64,000 nucleotides of DNA from Methanomethylovorans hollandica DSM 15978 (GCF_000328665.1 NC_019977.1:2348011-2412010), one strand, 5' to 3'. Counted from the stretch's first letter, positions 53,032-64,000 are shown. A program made the numbers and translations. Notes: generated by a model not told the origin, from the sequence alone.

Positions 53032-53368
53032 ACCTAACCTGCTGTTGTTTATTGACCTTTATGAAATGTGAATCACACTTCATTGATGTTATAAATAATA
53101 TACATTCTAAATAAAATGTCTTTGGGAGATTACCGATATGTAATCGTCTGTAACGATACATTTTGCATGCAGAGATGTATCAAGCTATCTGCGGTTATGC
53201 CACCGATAAAATCCAATACTTTTAGATATTTGAAAAAAGGCTATGAGGGAGACTTATCACCTGTTGAGAGAGTAAATATGTTTTGCATTTTTCTTTCTCT
53301 GAACATTCTTTTTTATATTATACCAGGCATAGCGGATTAAAAGACTCTTTTTCGGAGCAGCCTGTAAA

Positions 53369-54358
53369 ATGAAGATAGGAAATGTAAAGATAAATGGGCA
53401 TTTGTTCCTGGCACCAATGGCAGATGTAACCAACCCAGCTTTTAGGATGCTCTGTAAAAAGCACGGTGCTGCACTGACATACTCTGAGATGATCAGTGCC
53501 GATGCTGTACTTCACGGCAACATAAGAACAGCAAACCGTGGTCTTAGTTCAGAGGAAGAGAAACCTTTTGCAATTCAGCTCTTTGGGAACTCTGCGGCTA
53601 CGATTGTCAATGCATCAAGTATTATAGAGGAAAGATTTTGTCCTGATATTATCGACCTAAATTTTGGATGCCCTGCTAAGGTGCTTGTAAAAGATGGATC
53701 TGGTTCAGCACTACTGGATTTTCCTGAAAAGATACGAGAGATAGTATCTGCTGTATCTGGAAAAGTAGACGCGCCTGTAACAGCTAAAATAAGAGTGCTG
53801 CATGACATGGAAAAAACGCTTGATATTGCCAGGGTGATAGAAGAAGCCGGAGCTGGTGCCATCACTGTTCATGGAAGAACACAAGCTCAGCAATATGCGG
53901 GAAAAGCTGAGCACGAATATGCCAGGAAAATCAAAAACGAGCTTTCAATTCCTGTGATCGCAAATGGTGATATCTCTAATGGGCATTCTGCAAAGCATGT
54001 CCTTGAATATACAGGATGTGATGCCTTGATGGTAGGTAGAGCTTCCATGGGCAATCCACATATTTTTACGGAGATCTCTCACTTTCTGCGTACCGGAGAA
54101 CAACTACCTACTGATGAATGTACTCAGAGACTTGCGGATTTCAAAGAGTACGTGAGATTGCTGGAGTTGTATGGCCTTGAAGAATATGTAGATATAAGAA
54201 TGCATGCCCGATGGTTCACACGGGGAATAAAAGGTGGGCGGCATGTGCGTCAGGGCATCTCCGGCACACGGGAAAAAAAATCGATAATCCGGCTTATGGA
54301 AAGCCTGTGTGCACAATTGCCAAGCAAGGCTACAAATAATGATTTCCATGGTAAATGA
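53369..54358 (+). CDS. dusB: tRNA-dihydrouridine synthase (DusB-like)
   Basis: LAPMADVT, YSEM, IQLFG, IDLNFGCP, TVHGRT, IANGDI, MVGRA. Confidence 0.9.
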   Translation: MKIGNVKINGHLFLAPMADVTNPAFRMLCKKHGAALTYSEMISADAVLHGNIRTANRGLSSEEEKPFAIQLFGNSAATIVNASSIIEERFCPDIIDLNFGCPAKVLVKDGSGSALLDFPEKIREIVSAVSGKVDAPVTAKIRVLHDMEKTLDIARVIEEAGAGAITVHGRTQAQQYAGKAEHEYARKIKNELSIPVIANGDISNGHSAKHVLEYTGCDALMVGRASMGNPHIFTEISHFLRTGEQLPTDECTQRLADFKEYVRLLELYGLEEYVDIRMHARWFTRGIKGGRHVRQGISGTREKKSIIRLMESLCAQLPSKATNNDFHGK

Positions 54359-54370
54359 TACAGTTTTTTA

Positions 54371-54398
54371 TTCGGTTCAAACCGAAAGGCTTTATAAC
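54371..54398 (+). promoter_or_regulatory. por operon promoter with a palindrome overlapping the BRE
   Basis: TTCGGTT-CA-AACCGAA, then AGGC-TTTATAAC. Confidence 0.55.
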
Positions 54399-54563
54399 TA
54401 TCAGACGGTTCATATCCTACACAATTAAACATTGCATTTATACGCAATTGTGAATAAATGCAGGTTATAACTATCCATTATTCGGCCAGGATATTCAAAA
54501 AACAAACAGCAAGAAACAAAGTTGTGCCGATAGTATATTGTTCTAATATTGTGGAGAATCCAG

Positions 54564-55112
54564 ATGAAAGAGATACGAATACACGGCCGGGGAGGCCAGG
54601 GTTCGGTCACTGCTGCCGAGCTTTTAGCCGTTGCAGCTTTTGCTGATGGGAAATTCAGCCAGGCGTTCCCAGCTTTTGGAGTGGAAAGAAGAGGAGCACC
54701 TGTACAGGCGTTCACAAGAATGGATGACACGCCTATAAGACTCAGAAGCCAGGTATACGAACCTGACTACGTCATCGTGCAGGACCCTACCCTTATAGAG
54801 GTAGTAGATGTTGCAAGTGGCCTGAAGGAAGATGGAATAATTATCATAAACAGTGAATTTGACCCCTCGACTTTCAAACTCAACACTAAGGCCAAAGTTG
54901 TAACCGTTAATGCCACAAAGATCGCACTTGAGATCATTGGCAGACCAATAGTCAATACAGTGCTACTCGGAGCCTTTGCGGGGGCTACCGGTAATATAAG
55001 GCCTGAGTCTATCAAGGAAGCGGTTAAAGAGAGATTCCCGGGCAAAGTAGGAGAGAGAAATGCTGAAGCCATCCAACAGGCATACGACATGATGAAGGAG
55101 GCCAATGTATGA
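54564..55112 (+). CDS. porC: Pyruvate:ferredoxin oxidoreductase gamma subunit
   Basis: [30 protein letters not shown]. Confidence 0.93.
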   Translation: MKEIRIHGRGGQGSVTAAELLAVAAFADGKFSQAFPAFGVERRGAPVQAFTRMDDTPIRLRSQVYEPDYVIVQDPTLIEVVDVASGLKEDGIIIINSEFDPSTFKLNTKAKVVTVNATKIALEIIGRPIVNTVLLGAFAGATGNIRPESIKEAVKERFPGKVGERNAEAIQQAYDMMKEANV

Positions 55113-55369
55113 AGATAACTATCGGAGGAGTCTGTGAACCCGCCACCACATTGGCCAACAAGACTGGTGGCTGGAGAACTTTCAAGCCTGTGTACGACTA
55201 TGACAAATGTATCAAATGCAAGCTGTGCGAGCTGTTGTGCCCGGACATGGCCGTGTTGCCCCGAGAGGACGGATATTTCCAGTTCGACTATGATTATTGC
55301 AAAGGATGCGGTGTATGCGCCAACGAATGTCCTAAGACGGCTATAACCATGGTACTGGAGGAGAAGTAA
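55109..55369 (+). CDS. porD: Pyruvate:ferredoxin oxidoreductase delta subunit
   Basis: [35 protein letters not shown]. Confidence 0.93.
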   Translation: MKITIGGVCEPATTLANKTGGWRTFKPVYDYDKCIKCKLCELLCPDMAVLPREDGYFQFDYDYCKGCGVCANECPKTAITMVLEEK

Positions 55370-56583
55370 TGACAACCAAAGGAAAACTTGAAAAGGAAAA
55401 AATGGTCGTCGTAGAGGGGTCTTATGCTGTGGCACATGCTGTAAAAATATGCAGGCCCAATGTTATATCTGCTTACCCGATAACTCCGCAAACCCATATT
55501 GTGGAAGGATTATCTAAGTTCATGGCTGACGGAGAGATCCAAAACTGTGAGTACATAAATGTGGAGTCCGAGTTCTCAGCGCTTTCTGCACTTGTGGGCT
55601 CCTCAGCCGTGGGAGCAAGGTGCTACTCTGCCACAACGTCCCAGGGTCTTGAGTTGATGCATGAAGTGCTGTTCAACGTGTCTGGTATGAGACTACCCAT
55701 AGTCATGACCGTAGTGAACAGAGCTGTGAGCGCACCCATCAACATCTGGAACGATCATCAGGACGCAATATCTCAGAGAGATACCGGCTGGATACAATTG
55801 TACGCAGAGGATCTGCAGGAAGCAGCTGATATGACCGCACAGGCATTCAAAATTGCAGAGGACAAGGAAGTGCTTATGCCTGTTATGGCGTGTATGGATG
55901 GTTTCATCCTGTCCCATGTATACGAGCCTGTGATATTGCTGGAACAGGAACTTACTGATGAATATTTACCAACATATGAACCTCTTAACACACTGGACCC
56001 AAAGAAACCCATGAGCTTTGGTACTCTGGCTGATCCGAATTGCTATACTGAGTTCAGATATCTCCAACAGAAGGCTATGGAAAATGCTCTGAAGAAGATA
56101 GAGGATGCGGCAAATGAGTTTTATGATGTGTTCGGCAGATACTATGGCGGACTCATTGATGAATACCAAACTGAGGATGCTGATATAATTCTCATGGCAA
56201 TGGGTTCCATCGTGGGTACCATTAAGGATACCATTGATAAGCTGAGACAGAAGGGTGTGAAGGTAGGTTTGCTGAAGGTCAGGTCTTTCAGGCCATTCCC
56301 GGCAGAGGCGATCAGGGAAGCAATCAAGGATGCAAAGGTCGTTGCTGTCCTAGATAAGAACATCTCACTGGGACTTAACGAAGGTGCTCTGTTCACAGAA
56401 ACCAAATCCTGCCTGTACAACACCAAGAACCGTGTACCTGTCGTGGGTTACATGATAGGCCATGGAGGCCGTGACATACGCATGAGCACTATAGAGAATA
56501 TCATATCTGAGGCTCAGGAAGTAATGAAGACTGGTATTAAGCTCGAAAGCCAGTTCACTGATGTGAGGGAGGAACTACTATGA
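55369..56583 (+). CDS. porA: Pyruvate:ferredoxin oxidoreductase alpha subunit
   Basis: [25 protein letters not shown]. Confidence 0.94.
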   Translation: MTTKGKLEKEKMVVVEGSYAVAHAVKICRPNVISAYPITPQTHIVEGLSKFMADGEIQNCEYINVESEFSALSALVGSSAVGARCYSATTSQGLELMHEVLFNVSGMRLPIVMTVVNRAVSAPINIWNDHQDAISQRDTGWIQLYAEDLQEAADMTAQAFKIAEDKEVLMPVMACMDGFILSHVYEPVILLEQELTDEYLPTYEPLNTLDPKKPMSFGTLADPNCYTEFRYLQQKAMENALKKIEDAANEFYDVFGRYYGGLIDEYQTEDADIILMAMGSIVGTIKDTIDKLRQKGVKVGLLKVRSFRPFPAEAIREAIKDAKVVAVLDKNISLGLNEGALFTETKSCLYNTKNRVPVVGYMIGHGGRDIRMSTIENIISEAQEVMKTGIKLESQFTDVREELL

Positions 56584-57452
56584 AACACCTTTTAGTCTCA
56601 GGACATAGGGGATGTGCAGGCTGCTGTGATGCAATGGCGACAAAGTTTACCCTTATGGGGGCAGGCGAGGATTGTATAGTAGTCAGTCCTACCGGCTGTC
56701 TTGAAGTCATGACAACTCCTTTCCCTGAAACTTCATGGAATGTGCCCTGGATACACTCGCTATTTGAAAATGCCGCTGCAGTGGCATCTGGTATTGAGGC
56801 AGCACTGAAAGCTCTGGGAAAGAAGGGTAACACCAGGATTGTTGCCATTGGTGGTGACGGTGCAACTATGGATATTGGTCTGCAGGCTATTTCCGGAGCT
56901 TTTGAAAGAGGGCACGACTTCACCTATGTCTGTATAGACAATGAAGCTTACATGAACACCGGAGTGCAGAGAAGTAGTGGAACCCCGTTTAATGCTTCAA
57001 CTACTACAAGTCCTGCCGGAAAGGTTTCTTTTGGCAACCAGCGGCCTAAAAAGAACATGCCTGCCATCATCGCAGCACACGGTTCCCCGTATGTGGCCAC
57101 CACATCCCTTGCATATGGCAAGGACATGATAGCAAAGGTGAAGAAAGCCACTGAAACACCGGGTCCCACATATATACACTGCCACGCCCCCTGTACAACG
57201 GGCTGGGGATTCGATACTTCCAAGACAGTGGAAGTTGCCCGGATGGCTGTAAAGACCGGTCTGTGGCCCCTGTTCGAAATGGAAAATGGGGAGATCACAA
57301 AGGTCAGAAAGATAGGTACACCATCACCGGTTGAGGATTATCTCAAGATGCAGAGCCGCTTCAAGCACCTGTTCAACAAGGAAGGCGGTGCTGAAGAGAT
57401 AGCCAAGATACAAGCCATCGCTGACAAGAACATCGAGCACTACGGGCTTTAA
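56580..57452 (+). CDS. porB: Pyruvate:ferredoxin oxidoreductase beta subunit
   Basis: [18 protein letters not shown]...[12 protein letters not shown] (TPP motif). Confidence 0.94.
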   Translation: MKHLLVSGHRGCAGCCDAMATKFTLMGAGEDCIVVSPTGCLEVMTTPFPETSWNVPWIHSLFENAAAVASGIEAALKALGKKGNTRIVAIGGDGATMDIGLQAISGAFERGHDFTYVCIDNEAYMNTGVQRSSGTPFNASTTTSPAGKVSFGNQRPKKNMPAIIAAHGSPYVATTSLAYGKDMIAKVKKATETPGPTYIHCHAPCTTGWGFDTSKTVEVARMAVKTGLWPLFEMENGEITKVRKIGTPSPVEDYLKMQSRFKHLFNKEGGAEEIAKIQAIADKNIEHYGL

Positions 57453-57545
57453 AGGCCTGTAGACATTATTTTTTTTGTGTTTTTTTCCTCTTGATTTTTT
57501 CTTTTCTAAAAAAGTGATAAGAACTATCAGTTACTATCTACCTGC

Positions 57546-58199
57546 ATGCATGCTGAGGAAAATATCCCTGACAACACCGACAACTTTGAAGGTATCTTCT
57601 CACTTCTGCGGGAGGTGTATCCTGATGCTGCCCCCGCCCTGTATTTTAGTTCTCCTCTGGAACTTCTGGTGGCTACCATTCTCTCAGCCCAGTGCACGGA
57701 CCGCCAGGTGAACCAGGTCACCCAATCCCTGTTCAAGAGATATCGCACTCTGGAAGATTATGCCGCTGCCGATGTATCAGCATTTGGAAAGGAAATATAT
57801 TCCACGGGCTTCTATCACCAGAAAGCGAAACACATCATCGAAAGCGCTCGGATCATGCTTACAGATTTTGGAGGCAAGGTACCCGACACCATGGAAGACT
57901 TACTGCAGCTTCCCGGTGTCGGCAGGAAAACTGCAAATATAGTTCTGTCCAGAGCCTTTGGGAAAATAGAGGGTATTGCAGTGGACACCCATGTGAAAAG
58001 ATTATCAAATCGTCTCGGCTTCACCCAACACGAAGACCCGGAAAAGATAGAGAAGGACCTCATGAGGATCGCAAAAAGAGAGGATCTGGAAACACTTTCG
58101 ATGACTCTCATCCTGCACGGGCGCAATGTATGTATGGCGCGCAATCCGAAATGTGTGGAATGTGTTGTAAAGGAGTTGTGTCCATCGAGCAGAGCATAA
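57546..58199 (+). CDS. nth: Endonuclease III
   Basis: LSAQCTD, HhH LPGVGRKTA, VDTHV, C-x6-C-x2-C-x5-C. Confidence 0.95.
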   Translation: MHAEENIPDNTDNFEGIFSLLREVYPDAAPALYFSSPLELLVATILSAQCTDRQVNQVTQSLFKRYRTLEDYAAADVSAFGKEIYSTGFYHQKAKHIIESARIMLTDFGGKVPDTMEDLLQLPGVGRKTANIVLSRAFGKIEGIAVDTHVKRLSNRLGFTQHEDPEKIEKDLMRIAKREDLETLSMTLILHGRNVCMARNPKCVECVVKELCPSSRA

Positions 58200-58385
58200 T
58201 AGAATAAAAACAAACCTATTTTACTTCTTTCATGTTTATCTGGAATGTTATGTAAGTTTGATGTTTCAAACAAACCCTAATCTCAGGAAGCATCTCATAT
58301 CTTCCATTTTTATCTCTAATAGATTTTCATTATAGATAAATTATAAATATATGGTCATTGCTCTACTGCCCTTGATGAACAATTA

Positions 58386-60074
58386 ATGCCGCGTGTCGAG
58401 CAAGATAACATGGATGTAAAAACCGGAATTTCTGGGTATTTTAAGGAATCGTTTTTAAGTGACCTCAAAGCAGGTTTTATTACAGCTATCGTGGCACTGC
58501 CACTTGCTATTGCTTTTGCCATCGCATCCGGCGTTGAGCCGGTGATGGGTCTTTATACGGCAGTGATAGCAGGAATGCTAGTTTCTGCCACTGGCGGTTC
58601 CAAGTATTCTATAACAGGACCTACCGGTGCTATGACCGTCATCATCCTGTCCACACTGCACAGCTATGGATTAGAAGGACTCCTCCTTGCAGGCTTTCTT
58701 GCAGGTATCTTCCAGATACTCTTTGGTCTGTTCAAGCTGGGTAAAGTAGTCAAATACATACCATTGCCTGTAATATCCGGATTCACAAGTGGTATTGGTG
58801 CTATTATATTGATAGGACAGGTACCAAATGCTCTGGGCATGGTGATCCCTGCTAAAGAATACGCATGGGAAACTGTTGTTGCAATTATAGAAAATATCAG
58901 TGCTGCAAACACGACTGCACTATTGATCTGCATAGCTACTATCGTACTCTTGCTCTATCTGCCAGGGATACTTACCAAAGTAAAGTATCTGAACAGCCTT
59001 CCTGCCTCTATAGTAGCACTGATACTATCTGTATTGGCAATATATTATATGAAGATCGATATCCCCCTGGTGGGCAGCATCCCCACTGGCCTCCCGAGCA
59101 TACAGATGATCAATCTCAATCCGCAGCTGGTGCTAACTGTCCTCCCGGCTGCGCTTACCATCGCACTTCTCGGAACTATTGAAGCTTTGCTCTGTGCAGT
59201 GGTCTGCGATGGTATGACAAATACAAAACATGACAGCAACAGAGAACTCATGGGACAGGGACTGGGAAATATCATTTTACCTTTCTTCTCAGGCATCCCC
59301 TGTACAGCCGCCATCGCAAGGAGTGCTGTGAACATAAGGGAAGGAGCAAAGACCCAAGTGTCCGGGATAATCCATGCCCTCATATTATTTACAATACTTC
59401 TCTTCTTCGGCCCTATAGCTGCATTCATTCCGAAAGCCTACCTTGCAGGGGTGTTGATCCTGGTTTCCCTCAGGATGATCAACATCACCGAGTTCAAGAC
59501 CATCATGCATATCAGTAAAATGGATACCACTGTCCTAATCGCCACATTTATTCTTACGGTGTTCACAGACCTGGTATTTGCAGTGCAGATGGGTATGTTC
59601 CTTGCAATAATCCTGCTGTTCATCAGACTCACTAACGTCATCGATATCCAGACAATGGAAAACTACGACAAATCAACAGGCATTAACGCTACTATCTTTG
59701 CAGACCCGTATCTGGAAAAGAATGTTTCTGTATACACTCTCAACGGACCATTCTTCTTCGGGGCCATGAACGTTTTCGAAAGCAAGATCAACGAGCACAT
59801 TAACATCAGCAGGCCTCATATAATACTGCGCATGCGCTATGTACCATTCATAGATAGTACAGGCCTTGAGAGGCTTAGAAGCTTCATAAATATGAGCAAG
59901 AAAAAGAATCAGAAAGTCTACCTCACATCAATACAACCTGAAGTGATGAAAAGAATGAAGAGTGACGAACATCTGATGGAACTTATGGAGAAACAGCATG
60001 TGCTTACATTCGAGCATACACAGGAAGCTCTGGAATACGTCAAGAAGCAATCCAGAAGTGAGAAAGTAGCGTGA
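58386..60074 (+). CDS. SulP family anion transporter with STAS domain
   Basis: DLKAG...ALPLAIAFA, GPTGA, NRELMGQG, AIARS, GPFFFG, IDSTG. Confidence 0.94.
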   Translation: MPRVEQDNMDVKTGISGYFKESFLSDLKAGFITAIVALPLAIAFAIASGVEPVMGLYTAVIAGMLVSATGGSKYSITGPTGAMTVIILSTLHSYGLEGLLLAGFLAGIFQILFGLFKLGKVVKYIPLPVISGFTSGIGAIILIGQVPNALGMVIPAKEYAWETVVAIIENISAANTTALLICIATIVLLLYLPGILTKVKYLNSLPASIVALILSVLAIYYMKIDIPLVGSIPTGLPSIQMINLNPQLVLTVLPAALTIALLGTIEALLCAVVCDGMTNTKHDSNRELMGQGLGNIILPFFSGIPCTAAIARSAVNIREGAKTQVSGIIHALILFTILLFFGPIAAFIPKAYLAGVLILVSLRMINITEFKTIMHISKMDTTVLIATFILTVFTDLVFAVQMGMFLAIILLFIRLTNVIDIQTMENYDKSTGINATIFADPYLEKNVSVYTLNGPFFFGAMNVFESKINEHINISRPHIILRMRYVPFIDSTGLERLRSFINMSKKKNQKVYLTSIQPEVMKRMKSDEHLMELMEKQHVLTFEHTQEALEYVKKQSRSEKVA

Positions 60075-60101
60075 TATAAAAAGTGATGATTGAACTTGAC
60101 C

Positions 60102-60430
60102 TCAAAGCTCAACCATTATCCCATACCCAAACTTATCCGTAGGCCTCTTGAAAAAGCCAAATTTTTCATAAAAGGCTTCTTTTCCTTTTGCAGACATCAG
60201 GGTCATGTACGAATAATCCTGCACATTCTATTGCAGATAAGACATTATCTTTTTCATCAATGCAGTGTCGAGACCTTGATTCTGGCATTTGGATAAAACA
60301 ATAACATCTGCAACGAAATAGATGAAACTATGATCTTCTACCAAACGGGACATGCTAATATGATCATTTTTCACCGCACAAACACAGTAAATGGAATTAT
60401 TGAGGCTTTTCTTCAAGGCAATAATCTATA
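60102..60430 (-). pseudogene. GNAT acetyltransferase pseudogene (in-frame TAG, eroded motifs, lost N-terminus)
   Basis: LKKSLNNSIYCVCA...DVIVLSKCQNQGLDTALM...YLQ*NVQDYSYMTLMSAKGKEAFYEKFGF...IMVEL*; TAG at 60228-60230. Confidence 0.75.
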
Positions 60431-60473
60431 GTATCCATTTCATCAAGTAATATATAGTGTGATCATAAATCCC

Positions 60474-61679
60474 TCAGAAGCTATCACTTGCGAACAGCTG
60501 CTTAGCAAACTCTATCCTCTTCTCCATATCCGGCCCTTCAAACTCTTCCACAACCTTCTCAAGTAGTTGCGGTATTGGAAGGTGTTGTGGGCAGGCATTA
60601 AGACATTGATCGCATTGCACACATTGGGATGCTAAATTTTTTTCGGCTCCCCTTAAAATGCCTCCGAGCTTTGCGGCATACATCACCATCAACCTATCTT
60701 TCCCATCGAACATATACAAATTGTTGTACATTTCAAAACAGGCAGGAATGTCCACTCTTTGAGGACAGGGCATACAGTATCTGCATCCTGTACAGTTTAT
60801 TTTCATCAGTTCTCTGTACTTATCCGCAACCATTTTAATAAGCTCAAGCTCTTTAGGGTTCAAAGAATCAGCAAGACCTTCCTCTGCAAATTTTAGGTTC
60901 TCTTCTACCTGATAATGTTCATTCATACCTGAGAGCACTACAGTGACAGCAGGATGGCTCCAGACCCAGCGCAATGCCCACTCCACAGGACCGCGCTTGA
61001 CATCAGCTTTGTTCCAGATATCCATTACCTCAGCGGGGACCGGGGATGCCAGATTGCCACCCCTTAATGGCTCCATGATCACAACTCCAAGGTCACGGGA
61101 AGCAGCATATTCAAGTCCCTTTCTTCCTGCCTGTATATTTTCATCCAGGAAATTATACTGTATCTGGCAGAAATCCCAGTCATAGCCATCCACAATATCC
61201 TTAAAATCCTCGGCATTACCATGATAGGAAAATCCTGCGTTGATGATGCGGCTATCAGCCTTGGCCCTGTCAAGAAAATCAGTGACACCCAAGTCCCGGA
61301 TATTCTCCCAGCTACTCCCTACAAGACTGTGTATAAGATAATAGTCAATGTGATCTGTATTCAATTTCTCAAGTTGTTTTTTAAGGAACATATCCATGTC
61401 CTTCGGGCTTTTTACCATCCATTGGGGCTGTTTTGTGGCAAGTTTAACCTTTTCCCTGTACCCTTCTGCAAGAGCTCTCCCGAGGAATGGCTCGCTTTCT
61501 CCCATATGATAAGGCCATGCAGTATCTACATAATTGACACCGTTATCTATTGCATGGCGGATCATCTGAGTGGCTTTTTCCTCATCAATGCTGCCGTCCT
61601 GTTTGACGGGAAGGCGCATGGCCCCAAAACCAAGTATAGAAAGCTTATCTCCATTCTTTGGCATTTTCCTGTATAACAT
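60474..61679 (-). CDS. Aldo/keto reductase with C-terminal 4Fe-4S domain
   Basis: LGFGAMRLP, NYVDTAWPY, LATK, DYYLIH, IMEPLRGG, CTGCRYCMPCP, CVQCDQC...CP. Confidence 0.92.
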   Translation of the reverse strand: MLYRKMPKNGDKLSILGFGAMRLPVKQDGSIDEEKATQMIRHAIDNGVNYVDTAWPYHMGESEPFLGRALAEGYREKVKLATKQPQWMVKSPKDMDMFLKKQLEKLNTDHIDYYLIHSLVGSSWENIRDLGVTDFLDRAKADSRIINAGFSYHGNAEDFKDIVDGYDWDFCQIQYNFLDENIQAGRKGLEYAASRDLGVVIMEPLRGGNLASPVPAEVMDIWNKADVKRGPVEWALRWVWSHPAVTVVLSGMNEHYQVEENLKFAEEGLADSLNPKELELIKMVADKYRELMKINCTGCRYCMPCPQRVDIPACFEMYNNLYMFDGKDRLMVMYAAKLGGILRGAEKNLASQCVQCDQCLNACPQHLPIPQLLEKVVEEFEGPDMEKRIEFAKQLFASDSF

Positions 61680-62080
61680 AATACTCCTCTTTGATCCAAA
61701 ATTAATAACAAATAATTATGTAAAGATCATTTTTTAGATATTCCTTGCCGTATCAACTGAAATGATATTTCTCTCAGGATATCCAGCTGATCACCTCAAA
61801 TTATCCCATTGGGGACAAAACCAGTCTTACAACAGTCTTTTCCTGATCACATAATAGTAGCCATTAGTAATTCTTACTGTGCTTCCTGTACCAAGAAGTT
61901 TGTGTTCATGCCTTAAGCTTTTGATTTGTATATGTTTTTACCCATATTATTTACTTTATTTTGCAAATGGCTTAACTCTCGAGATTTATATAAATCAACA
62001 ATGTGCATATAGGTGCATTTTATTATGTTCATAGCTGTTATATCAATGACCAGATAGTTTTGAACTTACGGTGAAAAGCC

Positions 62081-64000
62081 ATGAGTATGAAAAACGTAAT
62101 TATCTGGTCTCTTTTTATATTGTTGACCATCGTTCCTCTTGCAGGATGTGATGTAAACAGTTCTGTTATGTTTGTTGACACAAATGAAACTGAATACTAT
62201 GAGTTTAATGCAACAAAAGATGAAAATCAAGTTGAAATGATAGATTTTAATGTAAATGATACAGAAAATTATAACTGGAGTATTATAAGTGCTGAAATTC
62301 AAATAAATCAGACTTTTGATGCTGCAGCAATTTCAGTTTCCTTAAAAACACCGGTTGTCTACGTTGATACAGATGGAACCGGAAATTACAACTGTGATGG
62401 AGCAAACGATCACATTCAAATAAATCAGGCCTTATCATATATAAATGGACGTGGAGGCGGTACTGTTTACCTAAGGGGTCCAAATACATACTGGATCGAT
62501 AGTACTCTGAATATAGGTGCTGACACTGTCCTTACAGGTGACCCGACAGCTGAGATCAAATTGGTTGCAAATGCCGGTTGGGCATCACAGGTTCCGCTAA
62601 TAAGGGGTAACATCGGAGCCGACAATATTGTGATCACCGGATTTACTATCGACGGTAACAGCGAATCACAATCCGGGATAACCAAAGGTCAAGGATATTA
62701 TAATCTGATATTGTTCCAGAACTCAAATAATGTCGAAGTATCCCGTATGCGTCTGGAATGGGGTACAGGCGATGGAATGAAAGTTTACAGTGGTAGCGAA
62801 ATTAAATTCCTTCACAATGATGTGTACAAGCTCGGTCATGATGCATGTTATATTCTGTATTCGAACAACGGGGAATGCGCATACAATACCGTGATGATGC
62901 GAACGAATAGTGCGTGCCGCATTACATGTGGATCAAATATCACTGTTCATGATAATGTTTTCTACTCTGATCTATCAGGAGGCGAATCCACAGGCCCGGC
63001 TATAGAGATCGATAAAACAAATACAGGCAGTACTGCAGTATTTGATGATATAGAGATCTACAATAATAAGATATATTCAATTAATGGAGCAGGTATCTGG
63101 ATGTTTGCAGGATATCCGGATAATGTGATCCGAGCAAAGAACGTTAATATACACCATAATACTTTTAGTAAAGTCGGACAGTATACTGCAAATACAGGAT
63201 ACAGTAATGCAGCGATCGTGATCCAAAACTTTGACAACACTATCATCGAGAACAATGTATTTGATGATGGTGGCCATGCAGCAATTAAATGGTATGTGTG
63301 GTCCGGGCACATCACACAGCAAAAAGCAGAGTTCACCACCTATGTGAGGAACAATATCATAATGAATAATGACGGAGTAAGCGGAGTTACTGGCTCAGGC
63401 GTGGGTATATGGAACACACAACCATCCTACGCGAAGTTCATTGTCCAGAATAATAACATCTACAACAATGAGAATGGACAAACCTATGGCTCAGGTTTCA
63501 CAATGAGCAATAACCTGAATGTTGATCCACATTGTGTTGATCAAACCAATTCAAAACTCAGCTCACGTGACTACCATCTTAAGAGCAAGGTAGGCCGTTA
63601 TTCAAGTGGCAAGTGGGTAACAGACTCAATATCGAGTCCACTGATAGATGCGGGTAATTCCAAATGTGCTTGCAGCAGCGAACCCTCTCCGAATGGCGGA
63701 GTAATAAACATTGGACGATATGGTAACACTGCCGAAGCTTCCAAGAGTGGGTCATCTGTTCCGATAGCAGATAATTCACCTGTGTCAAACGCCGGAAACA
63801 ACAAAGCTGCTACAGCTGGTTCTGCGGTAATTTTCGATGCCAGTGCATCAACAGATGATAAAGGCATAGCCTCTTACTCATGGGATTTCGATGCTTCGAA
63901 CGGTATAACATCCGAAGCCATAGGTAAGACAGCCACCAAGACATATGCAGCTGCGGGAAACTATACGGTCACACTTACTGTCACTGATACAAGTGGACAG
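62081..64000 (+). CDS. Cell-surface protein: signal peptide, right-handed beta-helix (disaggregatase-related) and PKD domain; runs off the window end
   Basis: Manual translation: MSMKNVIIWSLFILLTIVPLAGC...VVYVDTDGTGNYNCDGANDHIQINQAL...GGGTVYLRGPNTYWIDSTL...DYHLKSKVGR...SPLIDAG...INIGRYGNT...FDASASTDDKGIASYSWDFD...YTVTLTVTD; frame consistent through to 64000. Confidence 0.85.
   Translation, partial: MSMKNVIIWSLFILLTIVPLAGCDVNSSVMFVDTNETEYYEFNATKDENQVEMIDFNVNDTENYNWSIISAEIQINQTFDAAAISVSLKTPVVYVDTDGTGNYNCDGANDHIQINQALSYINGRGGGTVYLRGPNTYWIDSTLNIGADTVLTGDPTAEIKLVANAGWASQVPLIRGNIGADNIVITGFTIDGNSESQSGITKGQGYYNLILFQNSNNVEVSRMRLEWGTGDGMKVYSGSEIKFLHNDVYKLGHDACYILYSNNGECAYNTVMMRTNSACRITCGSNITVHDNVFYSDLSGGESTGPAIEIDKTNTGSTAVFDDIEIYNNKIYSINGAGIWMFAGYPDNVIRAKNVNIHHNTFSKVGQYTANTGYSNAAIVIQNFDNTIIENNVFDDGGHAAIKWYVWSGHITQQKAEFTTYVRNNIIMNNDGVSGVTGSGVGIWNTQPSYAKFIVQNNNIYNNENGQTYGSGFTMSNNLNVDPHCVDQTNSKLSSRDYHLKSKVGRYSSGKWVTDSISSPLIDAGNSKCACSSEPSPNGGVINIGRYGNTAEASKSGSSVPIADNSPVSNAGNNKAATAGSAVIFDASASTDDKGIASYSWDFDASNGITSEAIGKTATKTYAAAGNYTVTLTVTDTSGQ

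Noticed and set aside
53061..53083. Imperfect palindrome ATGAAATGTGA-A-TCACACTTCAT upstream of the UPF0200 operon
   Set aside because: Single copy in AT-rich DNA with no second instance to support an operator or RNA element.
53369..54358. Dus enzyme in an archaeon as a novelty
   Set aside because: Dihydrouridine and Dus homologues are already known in Methanosarcinaceae.
61727..61800. Minus-strand fragment GDQLDILREISFQLIRQGISKK* upstream of the aldo/keto reductase, resembling a TetR C-terminal helix
   Set aside because: Only about 22 codons, bounded by stops; too little to support a pseudogene call.

Overview
64-kb segment of an archaeal methanogen chromosome. The 16S/23S sequence and gene content point to Methanosarcinaceae; a Methanomethylovorans/Methanolobus-like genus is an inference that was not searched. 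It is mostly housekeeping DNA: a minus-strand rRNA operon (16S, tRNA-Ala, 23S, tRNA-Cys, 5S) with bulge-helix-bulge processing stems; acs, nac, hisI, a PINA-type ATPase, metF-cofE, leuA, arcS and dnaG; an RNA-repair-rich neighbourhood (rtcA, kptA, RPA, five tandem CBS-domain genes, Rnl3 RNA ligase, SelB-like GTPase); a core methionine synthase, nurA-herA, tRNA-Lys, dusB, the por operon, nth and a SulP transporter. A type IIG/IIL restriction-modification gene and a beta-helix/PKD surface protein run off the two ends. Decayed IS1, IS605/TnpB, SpoIIM-like and GNAT remnants are present. No CRISPR array or prophage was seen. Best leads: (1) leuA has no convincing start codon and is preceded by a near-leaderless short ORF ending CGT-TTT-TTA-TAA next to an internal SD-like motif, the layout expected of a leucine-sensing +1 ribosomal frameshift; (2) a ~430-nt densely structured non-coding region upstream of dnaG; (3) a secreted matrixin protease paired with a TIMP-like partner, behind an RBS-sequestering leader. 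All calls come from reading motifs by eye; no database searches or folding programs were run.
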